From: Octopus bimaculoides
Taxonomy: Eukaryota
DNA length: 62,745 bases
Direction: 5' to 3'
Assembly (NCBI RefSeq): GCF_001194135.2
Contig: NC_068982.1
Span: forward strand, 156,732,849-156,795,593
Shown here piece by piece: positions 11,942 through 25,709 of this stretch. How positions within the stretch are numbered: position 1 is the first letter of the stretch; every line of letters begins with the position of its first letter. The notes below the pieces were generated by a model, which did no database searches, was not told the origin of the DNA, and worked only from the letters and a program-made list of their open reading frames with translations. The position numbers and the translations under genes were made by a program.

Positions 11942-12519
11942 TATATATATATGATCATGTGTCCACCGGTTGGCTGTACTGGTATGCAGCAAACATCGCC
12001 GGTCAAATCTAATATGCCCTAAACATACCTGGAGTTGCCACCACGCAGCCAAGATCAGATCCGCTCATCGCTGCATTGACTACGTAGCTTTTTGAATGTA
12101 TTTTAATTAATTAAAACAGTGTGTTTCTCTCTCAACTTTCGTGACCAGAGTTAATCACTAAGCGTGTTTTTCCTTCTCACACCGCTTGGAATAAAGCTCA
12201 TTACCTGGAATGTGTTAGCATCGACCTTATCATGAAGACTTAATTACTTGATAATTAATCTGCTGGAAGTCAGTCTGGAGGAGTTTACTCTTAATTTTGA
12301 AAATATTCTCGTATTTCAGTGCAGTTGTGCTGGCTAACAGAGCTATTACATCTCGTCAAAAGAGGAAGTTCTTTTTCACTATTTCATACCTTTCCTTTGA
12401 GAATAAGTTATATTGTTCCAAAATAGATGACTCTAACTGCAGCTGTCCCCGAACTTATATCTAGATATCGATAATGTGTAGGTTATTGTGAATATAAATA
12501 ATTTGAAGATTGTTTCTGT

Positions 12520-12700
12520 AATTGTTGTTGTTGCTTAACATCCAGTCAACCCTGATTTGTGGTCAAAAGCGTTGAAGTTCTGATCCTAGAATTTTTGCTT
12601 GTATCATAACTACATTGTCCGGGTTTCATAAGACACTTTCACTTCTTAAGATGGTAGGCTATTTAATGAGAGCGATTTGATAAATATCTAAATATAACTT
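12520..12700 (-). mobile_element. Dispersed repeat family D, degenerate
   Basis: gttgttg tail then ttaacatccagtcaaccctg..aagatggtaggct; similar to 52.75-52.93 kb. Confidence 0.35.
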
Positions 12701-12959
12701 TATACGATTGATCTTTCTACTAGAAAAAAAACAAAAAAAAAACAGGAGGATCAACCATATAGTTATCTTCAGTTATTTGTAACAAAGTCATGGCGTAACT
12801 TGGAGGAAGTGTGAATCAGTAGAATTCTTTATTTGATTCTTCGAAGTGTAATGGTTATATGACAGTTTTTCATTTCTTTAGACAGTTATTTTTTTTATTG
12901 AACCCTACAATGATTTTTGTGCTGAAATAAGATAGTGGAGGGTAGGCACGTCAGTGTTC

Positions 12960-13620
12960 CTTAGTATATTTCGCTTCTCTATAGTCACAAGTGGTTGGAC
13001 TGGTCTTTGTTGCTCCTTCAAACGAAATCAACTTTTGATCGTCTCGCTCTCGTTTGCAGGTGTTTGAATGTCAGCCATGGTGAATTTGAGCTAGGTGGAA
13101 GGTCTTCAGCAACGTGGATTGCCATATCAATTGGAGGAGGAACGTTCTAAAGCTTTTCTATATAGAGTTGGAATCTGGTCTGTTCCGACCTGTTGTTAGG
13201 AACTGGGTTAGGAGCAATGCCAGTGAGAAGACATAGGTCGTCCGTGTTGGTGGATCTCAGGTGGCAGATGTTTTTCAACGTTGGGTCAAGTTTATTGAAA
13301 TGTGATGTCACATTGTCAGAACATGCAACTCCTCAGTTGAATAGCACAAGACCAGAGCAGTAGACCTTCATCAGATTGATGAGTTTCCTCGTTTGGAGTT
13401 GACCAGCTCCTGTAGGATGTTTCGAGAACCAAATCTTTGACGTATTTATGACGTAATTGTTACAGGAATGAGTACAGTTTAGGGTTACTATAAGCTAGAC
13501 AGGTTGGGTGCCGGTCTCTAGGAGTGCTTCAGACCGCCTGATGTTAAACAGTCGGTTGGCTTTAAGATTCCTGGGATGGAAGGAGCGGACTTGAGTCACA
13601 GAATTATTGGCATTGATGGA
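12960..13620 (-). mobile_element. I-group (Ingi/Vingi-like) non-LTR retrotransposon relic, RT C-terminal region
   Basis: Broken minus-strand frames TQVRSFHPRNLKANRLFNI..QPV*LIVTLN, RNILQELVNSKRG..RSTALVLCYST and TNTDDLCLLTGIAP follow the order of I-group post-RT motifs as I recall them. Clade call is tentative. Confidence 0.55.
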
Positions 13621-14409
13621 AAGTTAAACAACAAATTAACTGTGTTTTGATTCGCACACGTCTCTTTGTGTTCTGTGTTTAAATACTACTGTAATTAATA
13701 AAATAAATATCAGTCAAATACTGAAAATGATTAAATCGATTTTAGCCGTCGATCAAACATTTGTGGTCCTGCTTGAAAGTTACAAGCAGTATCAAATATT
13801 ATAATATAAGCCTGCATAGAAAATAACAAATATTCTTAACGAATCACAAAATCTCTTTATATTTAGTTCGCTAATTTACTTTTCTATAGTGACACAAGAT
13901 GTGCCAGTCCTCAGTAATAACGAGCTGTGCTTAAATAGAAATATTTTCTTTTAAATCCGTTCACGGCACAATACATGAAATCACAACGTTCTCACGAAAT
14001 CAAAATCACAATCTTCAAATAATAATAATAATGATAATAATGATTATTATTATTTTTATTATTATTGAATATATGAGCAGATACATTAATAATTTGATTG
14101 AAATAAAGCTTAACTGATTCACCATTTTCTTTCTGCAGCACCACCTGCTCTTAAGATTACAATCAAAAACCTGTCTAATTGTATTTGCCAAACTCTCTTT
14201 TCCGTTAGTTCTATCTTTCTTCCATCGTTGCCACATCCATTCTATCTTTACGAAACTACAAATTTGATTTATTTTCATTTAATATAAAGAAACAATGTAA
14301 AAATTGAAATAAACATTTGTCGAACTTCATTATTAAACAACTAGCAAAATATTACCAGCAAAAACAACAAATATGAAAAAAATAAAAACAGCAATAAACA
14401 ATATACAAA

Positions 14410-14479
14410 TAATTGTAAATAATAATGATAATAATAATAATTAACAACAACAACAACAACAACAACAACAATAATAATG

Positions 14480-14528
<49 letters not shown>

Positions 14529-14545
14529 TAATAATAATAATGATA
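14410..14545. repeat. Compound (AAT)n/(AAC)n microsatellite
   Basis: AAT and AAC runs with GAT interruptions. Confidence 0.9.
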
Positions 14546-15588
14546 GTAATAAATTTCCAGACGCAGAAAATTATGTTTTCAATTAATTGTAATTTAATAG
14601 AAACGAAAGACAAATGAAAACGTGGCGAGAACACAATCAATCAAATTGCAAGTTAAATAATTTTTAGCGTTTCTCTTAAAGATGGATTTGAAATTAAAAA
14701 ATAAAACACCTACACTGACTATTATACGACCGTGTCTGTGTTTATGTATGCATATGAGAATCTTATATGCTTGTGTATGCATGTATGTATATATGTACGT
14801 ATATATATATGTATANNNNNNNNNNNNNNNNNNNNNNNNNNNNNNNNNNNNNNNNNNNNNNNNNNNNNNNNNNNNNNNNNNNNNNNNNNNNNNNNNNNNN
14901 NNNNNNNNNNNNNNNNNNNNNNNNNNNNNNNNNNNNNNNNNNNNNNNNNNNNNNNNNNNNNNNNNNNNNNNNNNNNNNNNNNNNNNNNNNNNNNNNNNNN
15001 NNNNNNNNNNNNNNNNNNNNNNNNNNNNNNNNNNNNNNNNNNNNNNNNNNNNNNNNNNNNNNNNNNNNNNNNNNNNNNNNNNNNNNNNNNNNNNNNNNNN
15101 NNNNNNNNNNNNNNNNNNNNNNNNNNNNNNNNNNNNNNNNNNNNNNNNNNNNNNNNNNNNNNNNNNNNNNNNNNNNNNNNNNNNNNNNNNNNNNNNNNNN
15201 NNNNNNNNNNNNNNNNNNNNNNNNNNNNNNNNNNNNNNNNNNNNNNNNNNNNNNNNNNNNNNNNNNNNNNNNNNNNNNNNNNNNNNNNNNNNNNNNNNNN
15301 NNNNNNNNNNNNNNNNNNNNNNNNNNNNNNNNNNNNNNNNNNNNNNNNNNNNNNNNNNNNNNNNNNNNNNNNNNNNNNNNNNNNNNNNNNNNNNNNNNNN
15401 NNNNNNNNNNNNNNNNNNNNNNNNNNNNNNNNNNNNNNNNNNNNNNNNNNNNNNNNNNNNNNNNNNNNNNNNNNNNNNNNNNNNNNNNNNNNNNNNNNNN
15501 NNNNNNNNNNNNNNNNNNNNNNNNNNNNNNNNNNNNNNNNNNNNNNNNNNNNNNNNNNNNNNNNNNNNNNNNNNNNNNNNNNNNNNNN

Positions 15589-15630
<42 letters not shown>

Positions 15631-16187
15631 TAGAGAGAAAGGCGGGGAAAGAGAGTGGACAGGAGCTGATGGAGAAATCTCAGCCACACAAACCTGGTCG
15701 TTATGTATAAAACATAATTTACACCATGATTATCGTGTTATTGGACAAATTTCTTATAATTATTTTCAGTATTGCTTCTTTATTTCCATCCTCTTTTTTT
15801 CCTCCACTCTTTAATTCTTTTTCCTCCAAGTCTTCTACTTTCCCTGTCATTAAAAACAATAATAATAATGATAATTTTTATTTTTGAAAGTCATACTTTA
15901 TTACGAGGTCTTTAGATACGAAATAACCACATCCAAATATGAGTCGTTATGGAAGACCATTCTCTCGGTGTCTTCATATGTAAATATCATTGATATCAAA
16001 TGACCTAGCAAATTTCCAGCTTCAGATATTTGCATAGATTATATCGATAGTGAAAACTAATCTCTTTGTACATACAAAATAATTTTCAACAAACACACTC
16101 GCAGAAGCACACACACAAGCATGCATACACACGCATACACTCAGACCCACTCCCACAACCACACAGATAAACAAGTACATTGCGACA

Positions 16188-16223
<36 letters not shown>

Positions 16224-16514
16224 NNNNNNNNNNNNNNNNNNNNNNNNNNNNNNNNNNNNNNNNNNNNNNNNNNNNNNNNNNNNNNNNNNNNNNNNNNNNN
16301 NNNNNNNNNNNNNNNNNNNNNNNNNNNNNNNNNNNNNNNNNNNNNNNNNNNNNNNNNNNNNNNNNNNNNNNNNNNNNNNNNNNNNNNNNNNNNNNNNNNN
16401 NNNNNNNNNNNNNNNNNNNNNNNNNNNNNNNNNNNNNNNNNNNNNNNNNNNNNNNNNNNNNNNNNNNNNNNNNNNNNNNNNNNNNNNNNATATATATATA
16501 TATATATATACACG

Positions 16515-16548
<34 letters not shown>

Positions 16549-17218
16549 TGTATGTAGATAAAACTAGATGCCTTTATCCCGGTATGTATCCATTTATCTG
16601 TCTTTCGATCGATCTATCATGCTATCATGGCTAACTCTCAAGGTTTGAAAGTCTTTGACCAAAGTCAACCAACAGCGGGTAATGATATAAAACCTCATCA
16701 AGTCTGCAAGTCATTCGTATGCACTATATGAAATACAGATTTATGTGACTGGTGGAAACTATCCAACCTTTTCATGTGTTTCGAAGAAACACACGGGCTT
16801 CAGTGGAAGCAGTCTTTGATAACAGCTACTTTGAAATCCAAGAAGTTAGTCGCAAGAGAAAACTCCTTGGCACTATCGTCTGACAGCAGCTAGCACAATA
16901 CGAATAAGTTCATTGTACTCCTGGTAGATTCTTCTCATATAACAAAGGTAAATTAAGTTATTCAACAGAAACGTTATGAGTTTGAATTTGTAAAGGACTG
17001 TTTGGTTTCCATGTAGAGATCGAACGGAGTTTTTCATTTTTCGGATACTAATTATCAAGCCTGTAAATCTTAATCGCTCCAACGACATCAGCAACAACAA
17101 ATTGAAGTTCATAAGACGTATAGACATTAGTTCTTCCTACTGTGTAGAATCTCCGAAGATTGAAAACACTCGTATCATAGCCTCGTCGAATGGGATATTC
17201 CAGCTAATGTATGTATGT

Positions 17219-17276
<58 letters not shown>

Positions 17277-17816
17277 GTATATTATTTATATTTATTATAC
17301 TATGGAAGACTAGAGAATACATGTATGACTTAAAGGTTTGGTCGCTGTTTAGTTACATATTTAGGAATTGGTTATTGATTTACTTATTAATTTGTTTACA
17401 GATATTCCTGTACATAGCGTAAATGTGTTTGAAATTTATGGTTTCTTTGGTATGTTTGTTCCCTAACCCTAACACTTATTTTAGTGCTGTTGATACCGCC
17501 GGATTGAATAGTACCGCCCATGTGTCGAAACCATAATGATATCTGTGGAGCAGCTGAAGATAGAGGTATGTTGGATAGTTGGTATATACATATATACAGG
17601 GTGTCCACAAAGTCTGGGTACATAGGGATTAACACATACTTTAAGAAATTATTATTTCTTATATTTAATTGTTTATTTACTCCATGTACCCAGACCTTGT
17701 GGATACCCTGTATATATGCACATTTAGGTCCCATAGGGTACATGTTAACCCGTTTGAGACAAAGTACTGGAAGTGCTGGCTCTGCGTGTCACTATTTTTT
17801 TTTAAATCAAAAACAA

Positions 17817-18035
17817 TGAGTTCAGCTAAATGCATTTTCCAGCACGCCGGACAAAATGCTTAGAGGCATTTCGTTCGACTTTTCGTTCTGGATCCAAATT
17901 CCGCTGATGTCGACTTTGCCTTTCAACCTTCTGGTGTCGATAAAGTAGTAGTTGTGCACTGGACTCGTTGTAATCGACTTGCTCCAGCCCACAAAATTGC
18001 TGGATTTGTGCCAAAATTTGAAATTATTGTTATTA
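17817..18035 (+). mobile_element. SINE family B, first unit of a tandem pair
   Basis: agcacgccggacaaaatgcttagagg..ccaaattccgc..gtgccaaaatttgaaattattgttatt. Confidence 0.75.
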
Positions 18036-18045
18036 GTATATATAA

Positions 18046-18290
18046 GGAGGTGAGCTGGTACAATCGTTAGCGTGCCGGATAAAATGCTTAGCAAGTGTTT
18101 CTCTCAGGTTCTTTACTTTCTGAGTTCAAATTCTACCGGCGTCAACTTTGCCTTTCATCCTTTTGAGGTCGATAAAATAAACTACCAGTCAAGTACTGGG
18201 GTCGACGTAATCAACTTCCCCCCCTCCACTCATAACTGCAGTCATTGTACCAAAATTAGAAAGAATTATTATTATTATTATTACTATTAT
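18046..18290 (+). mobile_element. SINE family B with (ATT)n tail, second unit of a tandem pair
   Basis: ggaggtgagctggtacaatcgttagcgtgccgg..gagttcaaattc..gtaccaaaattagaaagaattattatt. Confidence 0.82.
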
Positions 18291-19250
18291 GTATGAACAT
18301 GTGTGTGTGAGTGTGTGTGTGTGTGAGAGTATGCACTTGTGTTTGTAATGGGAAATATCATTAATGACATTAACTCTGTTATTGTTTCATGTTATCAGAT
18401 CGTTTCATTCTCAGCCAATTACTAATATTAAATGATAAGAGGATCGAAGTTCAATACTAATCGAGCAGATCACTTTTACAGCAATCGTTTACCGTAGTTT
18501 AACATTCCCATAATTGTAGATTTCTCCTGATTTATTTGATTATACTAAACAATAGTAACAAGAACAACAACGGCAGTAACAACAGCAGCAACAACAACAA
18601 CAATAATAATAATAATAATAATAATAATTTTGATTATAAATTCTTTTTTAGAGGCATCAGATGACTTTGCATTACAGACAGATTACAATATTTGAGATTT
18701 ACCAGAAATTGAGTGAGTGGGGGGGGGATAATTATTGTTTCTAATACAGGTATCGGGACAGCAATTTCAATCTCAGTATTTAATTGATGCTGCTATAGAA
18801 TCTGGTAGGATGGAAAGCAAATTAACATTGGCGAATTTGAGCGCAGAGACCTAAAGAGTTGTAACTAAAATGTGCGAGGCATTTGAAAAATGAGTAAAAT
18901 ATAAGTCAGAATCAAATTAGTTTTGCTGAAATAAAAGCAACAGATGTATGAGAATCTTCCATTTACATTAAGTTACATCGTTTCTGGAATCAATCTCACA
19001 TGACTTCGATTGTATCACATAAATTTTTCCATGTATTGGTTATAACTGAAGAGCCCAGTTCTTACGTACGAGTGGGTGAATGGGGGACTGCATTCTGTGC
19101 ATAGTTGAAATATAACAAAACGTAAAAAATATTAAATTTTTTAAAATATTTATCTCCTGTTCCTTATGTTCTTTGAATTTTACCCCATCTATCATCATTC
19201 CGTCCATTTGCCCCATGTATCATCATTTTGATTTGAAAGTTTTCTTCGTA

Positions 19251-19365
<115 letters not shown>

Positions 19366-20497
19366 CACCTGTCACTCCATTCACGTAAGAATGTTAATAC
19401 TATTCCATTCCTGTAGGATATGGGTTCCTCTTCTCAGGAACTGGTTTGCTATTTAGAGGAAATGAATTCATTCTCACAATAGAGCGTGTATTCTTCAAAT
19501 GATTTTTCTCCCCTTTATATCTTTTAATTGCTTTTCAGAGGTGTGTTTTACGCACTGGTTCATAAATATCTGTTGCCATCCTTACGCTTCTGTTTGCTTT
19601 CCAACCACGAAAGTAGATGGGGTGTTACTTCTGCGGAGAAGGTGAGTTTTAGTTTCAGCAGCTTCTCATTGGTGTTGTTTCTATGTCTCACACTCACTTT
19701 CCCTCTCTTCGTCATTGTTACGGCCGTTTGTGGATGGGAACAAATTTTCTCAGCTTTTTGACAAACTCTTGGATATTTTTTCTGACTTTTGCTGGAGCTC
19801 TGCTCGGTCTGCCCTTAAGTGCAGAACCTCCATAATTTGTTGCTAGTGTTCTTACTATCTTTCTTCCAAACTTAACACTTTTTTCCAGTGCTTACATGAC
19901 TTTTATTGCCATATGTCCAGAAGAAGATCATTCTGCCCTGAATGATTTTCTTTCTGCACACATTAAAGGACATAATTCTAGGATTGTTCTGCAGTCTTGA
20001 AGGTTAGTAGTGGCCTACATGTCTGTGACCACCCTCTATCATATGTCGCCAAAAGTTACATCGTTTCTGGAATCACTCTGACATGCCCCACGGAAATGAC
20101 CATTAGCGTAGGGTCGACTTCATCCTCGCTGTCGTTTGTAGCGACACCCGTGTTTCCTCGTGTGTCATGTTACAAGAAGTCTCTGCATCGTCCTCAATTT
20201 GGAAAACTACGAATATGGTTCCATATGCTGTCTTTTCAACGGAGGACAGTTTACTCGACGTATCTACAAAAGATACACTTAATTGCTCATAAGAAGGTAA
20301 AAGAAAGATTCCATGGTAACGTTACTTTCTCTTATCTCGTGCTTCAGCTATAGATTCTCGCGGAAGGGAACTCATCTTATGAATATAATGTTTCCATCTT
20401 TTAGTTCTTTCAGAAGAATGCCATATTTGGATTTCTCTTGCATTTGCAAGACTTGCATATGACCACTAATGTATGTGCGAATATTATTGTTGTTATA

Positions 20498-20779
20498 GGC
20501 GTAGGAGTGGCTGTGTGGAAAGTAGCTTGCTTACCAGCCACATGGTTCCGGATTCATTCCAACTGCGTGGCACCTTGAGCAAGTATCTTCTACTATAGCC
20601 TCGGGCCGATCAAAGCCTTGTGAGTGGATTTGGTAGATGGAAACTGAAAGAAGCCCATCGTATATATATATATATATATATATATATATNNNNNNNNNNN
20701 NNNNNNNNNNNNNNNNNNNNNNNNNNNNNNNNNNNNNNNNNNNNNNNNNNNNNNNNNNNNNNNNNNNNNNNNNNNNNNN

Positions 20780-20824
<45 letters not shown>

Positions 20825-21033
20825 TTGTGCGTCTGTGTTTGTCCCCCTACCATCGCTTGACAACCGATGCTGGTGTGTTTACGTCCCCGCATCGTAGCGG
20901 TTCAGCAAAAGACACTGATAGAATTAGTACTAGGCTTAGAAAGAATAAGACCTGGTGTCGATTTGCTCGACTAAAGGCGGTGCTCCAGCATGGCCGCAGT
21001 CAAATGACTGAAACACGTAAAAGAGTAAAAGAG
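20498..21033 (+). mobile_element. SINE family A, full length (N gap in internal microsatellite)
   Basis: ggcgtaggagtggctgtgtgg head; ggcggtgctccagcatggccgcagtcaaatgactgaaacacgtaaaagag end. Confidence 0.9.
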
Positions 21034-21839
21034 TTATTGGTCTTGCTGATGAAATGCCATTTTATTTTTTATTTTGTGCAGTTATTGAAATTGTCTCCAA
21101 AAATATTTATTTAAGCCGTATCCTGTTTCTGTTTAGAATAACATTTTGTTCAGTACGTCTTTATTAATTCGGGGCACAGGCCAAAGTATCATGTCATCAT
21201 GCTTGACGAGAATAGTTTATTGTGTAAGAAAAATGGAATGATTTAGAAAGACAATTCCATCCTACTTCGATACGTGACAGACTACCAAACAATTCAATAA
21301 AAATCTCCCGTATGAAAATAAACACACAAAATTTATTCTCAAGACTACCACAATCCAGATTCTCTAGAAGCGATCTTCAGATCAGCATCTATGTGATTGA
21401 TAGAATAATTAAAGTGTCGAACAAAATGCTTTTCTATCAGCTTTTCCCGTTCTTGGTTGTAACGATACCGAAGTTAACATTGCTTTTCACTGTACTAAGG
21501 TCAATAAAATAAAACTATCATTTAAGGACTGGAATTGATATAACTGATAAGTTACCTCCTAACAAAATTTCAAGCTTTTTCCTGTTTTAGGGCAAGGACC
21601 TACTCTAACTTTTCAGCTTTAGCCTGGAATCAACAGATGGGAAAAGGTAGTTTTTCACGGTGGTCAAGCTCATGAAATTTCTGTGAATGCTTTTGAATTG
21701 GCCTCAAACGCCTTCCTTCTCTCAGTAGAGGTATCTTTGTTACTTGGTTTACATTCTTTTACGCATTTATATTTAAACTCCCATTATGCTGCTTCATTTG
21801 TTGTACTGTTTCCTTGTATTTAGTAAAACAAAACATTTT

Positions 21840-21840
<1 letters not shown>

Positions 21841-21898
<58 letters not shown>

Positions 21899-21908
21899 CA
21901 ACAACAAT
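21841..21908. repeat. (AAT)n/(AAC)n microsatellite
   Basis: Direct reading. Confidence 0.95.
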
Positions 21909-22059
21909 GTCATATTACTACGTTTTCTCTTCACAATTCTTTCTTCAAAATTTTATAATACAGATCGAAGTCTTATGTGTGGTAAAATAAAATACAGATT
22001 TGAAATACGGATTTTTCTAGTATCATCTTGCAACCACACACACTCTTTATCCACTCCGG

Positions 22060-23497
22060 ATACTCTTCCAGAGTTTCCTTGCAAATGGTAAACTTCCCAA
22101 AAAGCTGAAGGAAGGCACCATATGTCCTATCCATAAAGGTGGAAGCAGAGCAGAGGCTGGAAACTACAGGCCCATCTCTCTGATTTCACATATTAGCAAA
22201 GTCATGGAACGAATTGTCAGAAGGAGATTGATTGCGTTCCTAGAAGAAAATGACTTGCTGAATGAGACCCAGCATGGTTTCCGTCCAGGTAAAAGCTGCC
22301 TCACGCAGCTCTTGCAGCATTATGACTGGGTCCTGAAGCAGCTACTTGACCATTCAAATGTTGATGTGATATATATCGACTTTGCAAAAGCCTTTGACAA
22401 AGTTGATCNNNNNNNNNNNNNNNNNNNNNNNNNNNNNNNNNNNNNNNNNNNNNNNNNNNNNNNNNNNNNNNNNNNNNNNNNNNNNNNNNNNNNNNNNNNN
22501 NNNNNNNNNNNNNNNNNNNNNNNNNNNNNNNNNNNNNNNNNNNNNNNNNNNNNNNNNNNNNNNNNNNNNNNNNNNNNNNNNNNNNNNNNNNNNNNNNNNN
22601 NNNNNNNNNNNNNNNNNNNNNNNNNNNNNNNNNNNNNNNNNNNNNNNNNNNNNNNNNNNNNNNNNNNNNNNNNNNNNNNNNNNNNNNNNNNNNNNNNNNN
22701 NNNNNNNNNNNNNNNNNNNNNNNNNNNNNNNNNNNNNNNNNNNNNNNNNNNNNNNNNNNNNNNNNNNNNNNNNNNNNNNNNNNNNNNNNNNNNNNNNNNN
22801 NNNNNNNNNNNNNNNNNNNNNNNNNNNNNNNNNNNNNNNNNNNNNNNNNNNNNNNNNNNNNNNNNNNNNNNNNNNNNNNNNNNNNNNNNNNNNNNNNNNN
22901 NNNNNNNNNNNNNNNNNNNNNNNNNNNNNNNNNNNNNNNNNNNNNNNNNNNNNNNNNNNNNNNNNNNNNNNNNNNNNNNNNNNNNNNNNNNNNNNNNNNN
23001 NNNNNNNNNNNNNNNNNNNNNNNNNNNNNNNNNNNNNNNNNNNNNNNNNNNNNNNNNNNNNNNNNNNNNNNNNNNNNNNNNNNNNNNNNNNNNNNNNNNN
23101 NNNNNNNNNNNNNNNNNNNNNNNNNNNNNNNNNNNNNNNNNNNNNNNNNNNNNNNNNNNNNNNNNNNNNNNNNNNNNNNNNNNCAGAGGACCTCAGCTCT
23201 TCAATGCCCTGCCAAAACATTTGAGAGACATGCAAGACATGGATGCGGAGGTCTTCAAGACAAAACTTGACGCTTTCCTCTCCACGATACCAGACGAACC
23301 AATGGCTCGTAATGAGACGCAGTTTAGGGCAGCTGTGTCAAATTCTCTTATACACCAGATGTGCCATCAAAACTCTTGATTGGACCATGTCAGGTGGGGG
23401 AGAAGAGCCATGCAAGGAACGTGAAAATCACGGAGGTGCACCAGCATGACTGCAGCCACTTGGCTGAAACACATAAATAAAAAATAAATAAATAAAT
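22060..23497 (+). mobile_element. CR1-type LINE, 5'-truncated, RT region largely in an N gap
   Basis: ICPIHKGGSRAEAGNYRPISLISHISKVMERIV, QHGFRPGKSCLTQLL, YIDFAKAFDKVD. After the gap RGPQLFNALP..RAAVSNSLIHQ, short 3' UTR and (AAAT)n tail. Confidence 0.88.
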
Positions 23498-24763
23498 ATA
23501 TACACATACACACATACACATATACGTATTTACAAAATGTAATTGCCGTAGACTCGCAAACGTATACCGAAATATAGGCACGCAGATTTACTTACGCTTT
23601 TCATCACGCATACACACGGATAAGTACATGAAACACACCAAGACACATATGTTCTTGCGTGTAGAATTGATACACTCTAACACATGCACATACAAACTTC
23701 GAACAATGTTTGGTTTGCACGAATCAGTTTCTACACATTGATATTTGTAGAGATACCATGACGTATTAACAACAAGAAAAAAAAAACTATATATAGAAAT
23801 AATAAAAATAAAGCAAAAAAAATAATAATATGAATAAATAAATTAAAAAGGCAAAAAAAGAAAACCGATACATGATAACCAAGATAACAATTTCAACAAA
23901 AACTAACGATAAATACGAGATAAAACATATACACACACATGTATGTACATAAATACATACATGCATGCATACATACATATACTTACATACATGCATACAT
24001 ACACACACACACATGTGTTTGTGTGTGTGTATGTTATATACATATATACAACGTAAAATGCTTTAGAGGTACATATGCGCACATATTCAGACACGTTCAC
24101 AGACACAGAACACGCACATGCGTATAAATTCACATACAGCAACGTACATACACACACATTTACATATATATATATATATATATATATACGTACATCACAT
24201 ACACGCATTTACATTTATATGCATACATTTTTCAGATATACACAAAAATATACACATAGAAAAAGCATTCACCCCCGCCACCAAAAAATAAAAACAAAAC
24301 AAGCAAGCAAACAAACAAAAAGCGAAAACACCGAAAAATACAATAGTCCAATAAAATATCGAAATAATCCAACGAAAAAAAAAAAGAAAAAAAGAAAAAT
24401 AGAGAAAATAAGGCTAAGTTTAATAGAAGTAAAGTTAATACAAGCTATTAGAACTGTGTTTCAGTTTTTCTTATCAATTGTTCATGAATCCTGCTGTTTG
24501 TTCAAGAGTTCTTTATTAAATGGCTTTATCTAAACTCAGATTTCATGACTGGTGTGAAAACGTCTATAGATATATATATACACAAACACATTCTTGTATG
24601 TGTAGAAATATGTGTATATGAATGTAAATATGGAATTGATTATTTTTTTTGTCAGTATTTGTGTGTTATTTTTATATATGTGTGAATGCGTCTGTTTAAG
24701 CGCATATATATATACGTACATATATATATGTTTAGAATATTTCTATACACATATTTATAATGG

Positions 24764-24794
<31 letters not shown>

Positions 24795-24826
24795 TAAATA
24801 GACACATTCACACACACATATATATG

Positions 24827-24890
<64 letters not shown>

Positions 24891-25637
24891 ACGAAGTGTC
24901 TGTTTTTTGTTATCTTCATGAGTGTGTGTGTGTGTGTGTATGTTTGTGTGTATGCATAGATTGCTTTTAGTGTATTCCTGCATGCGTGAGCTTGAGTATG
25001 TGCAAGTGCGCTTGCATGTATAGGAATGTTCGAGGTGCGTGTATACAAGCGACTAGCTTTCGATATTGTCATGTATATGTGAGTATTTGTGTATGCACAT
25101 GCAAGTAAGTTTGTATCTCTTTGTATGTGTCTGTGACATTCTGTTACCGTTATTTTCATGTATGTTTGAATTTCTGAGTATGTATCTCTAAATGTGACTG
25201 TACGTGCGCGCGCACATGAATGTGCATGTGCGTGCGTGTGCATATATGTGTGTGTGTGTGAATATATGTGTGTTGTATATCTTTCTATGTATATGCGATT
25301 TTTCAGCTGCTGATATTTTCATGTTCGTGTTGGTGTATGTGTAAAGTGTTGCTAGTATATGCATGTGTTTGTGTGTGTGGGGGGATGTGTGTGTGTGTGT
25401 GTGTGGGGGGATGTGTGTGTGTGTGTGTGTATGTGTGTGTACGTGTGCGAGCGTGTGCGAGCGTGCGTGTTTTTCGTACATAAATGTGTGAATGAACGAG
25501 TTTGTGCATGTATTCGTGTGTGCATATTTTATGTGTCTGCACTGTTATTTTAATAATATCTTGTATTTATGAACATTTGCGTATATGTGCCCATGTGGGT
25601 GTGAACGAGGCTTTTGCCTCCATCTATTTGGTACATT

Positions 25638-25709
25638 TGTGTGTGTATGTATAGTTGTGTGTGTATGTATAGTTGTGTGTGTATGTATAGTTGTGTGTGT
25701 ATGTATAGT
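25638..25709. repeat. 18-bp minisatellite x4
   Basis: tgtgtgtgtatgtatagt repeated four times. Confidence 0.9.

Noticed and set aside
25638-25709. CRISPR-like or other spaced repeat array
   Set aside because: Units are contiguous with no spacers, and the context is eukaryotic. No CRISPR or rRNA was seen anywhere in the window.
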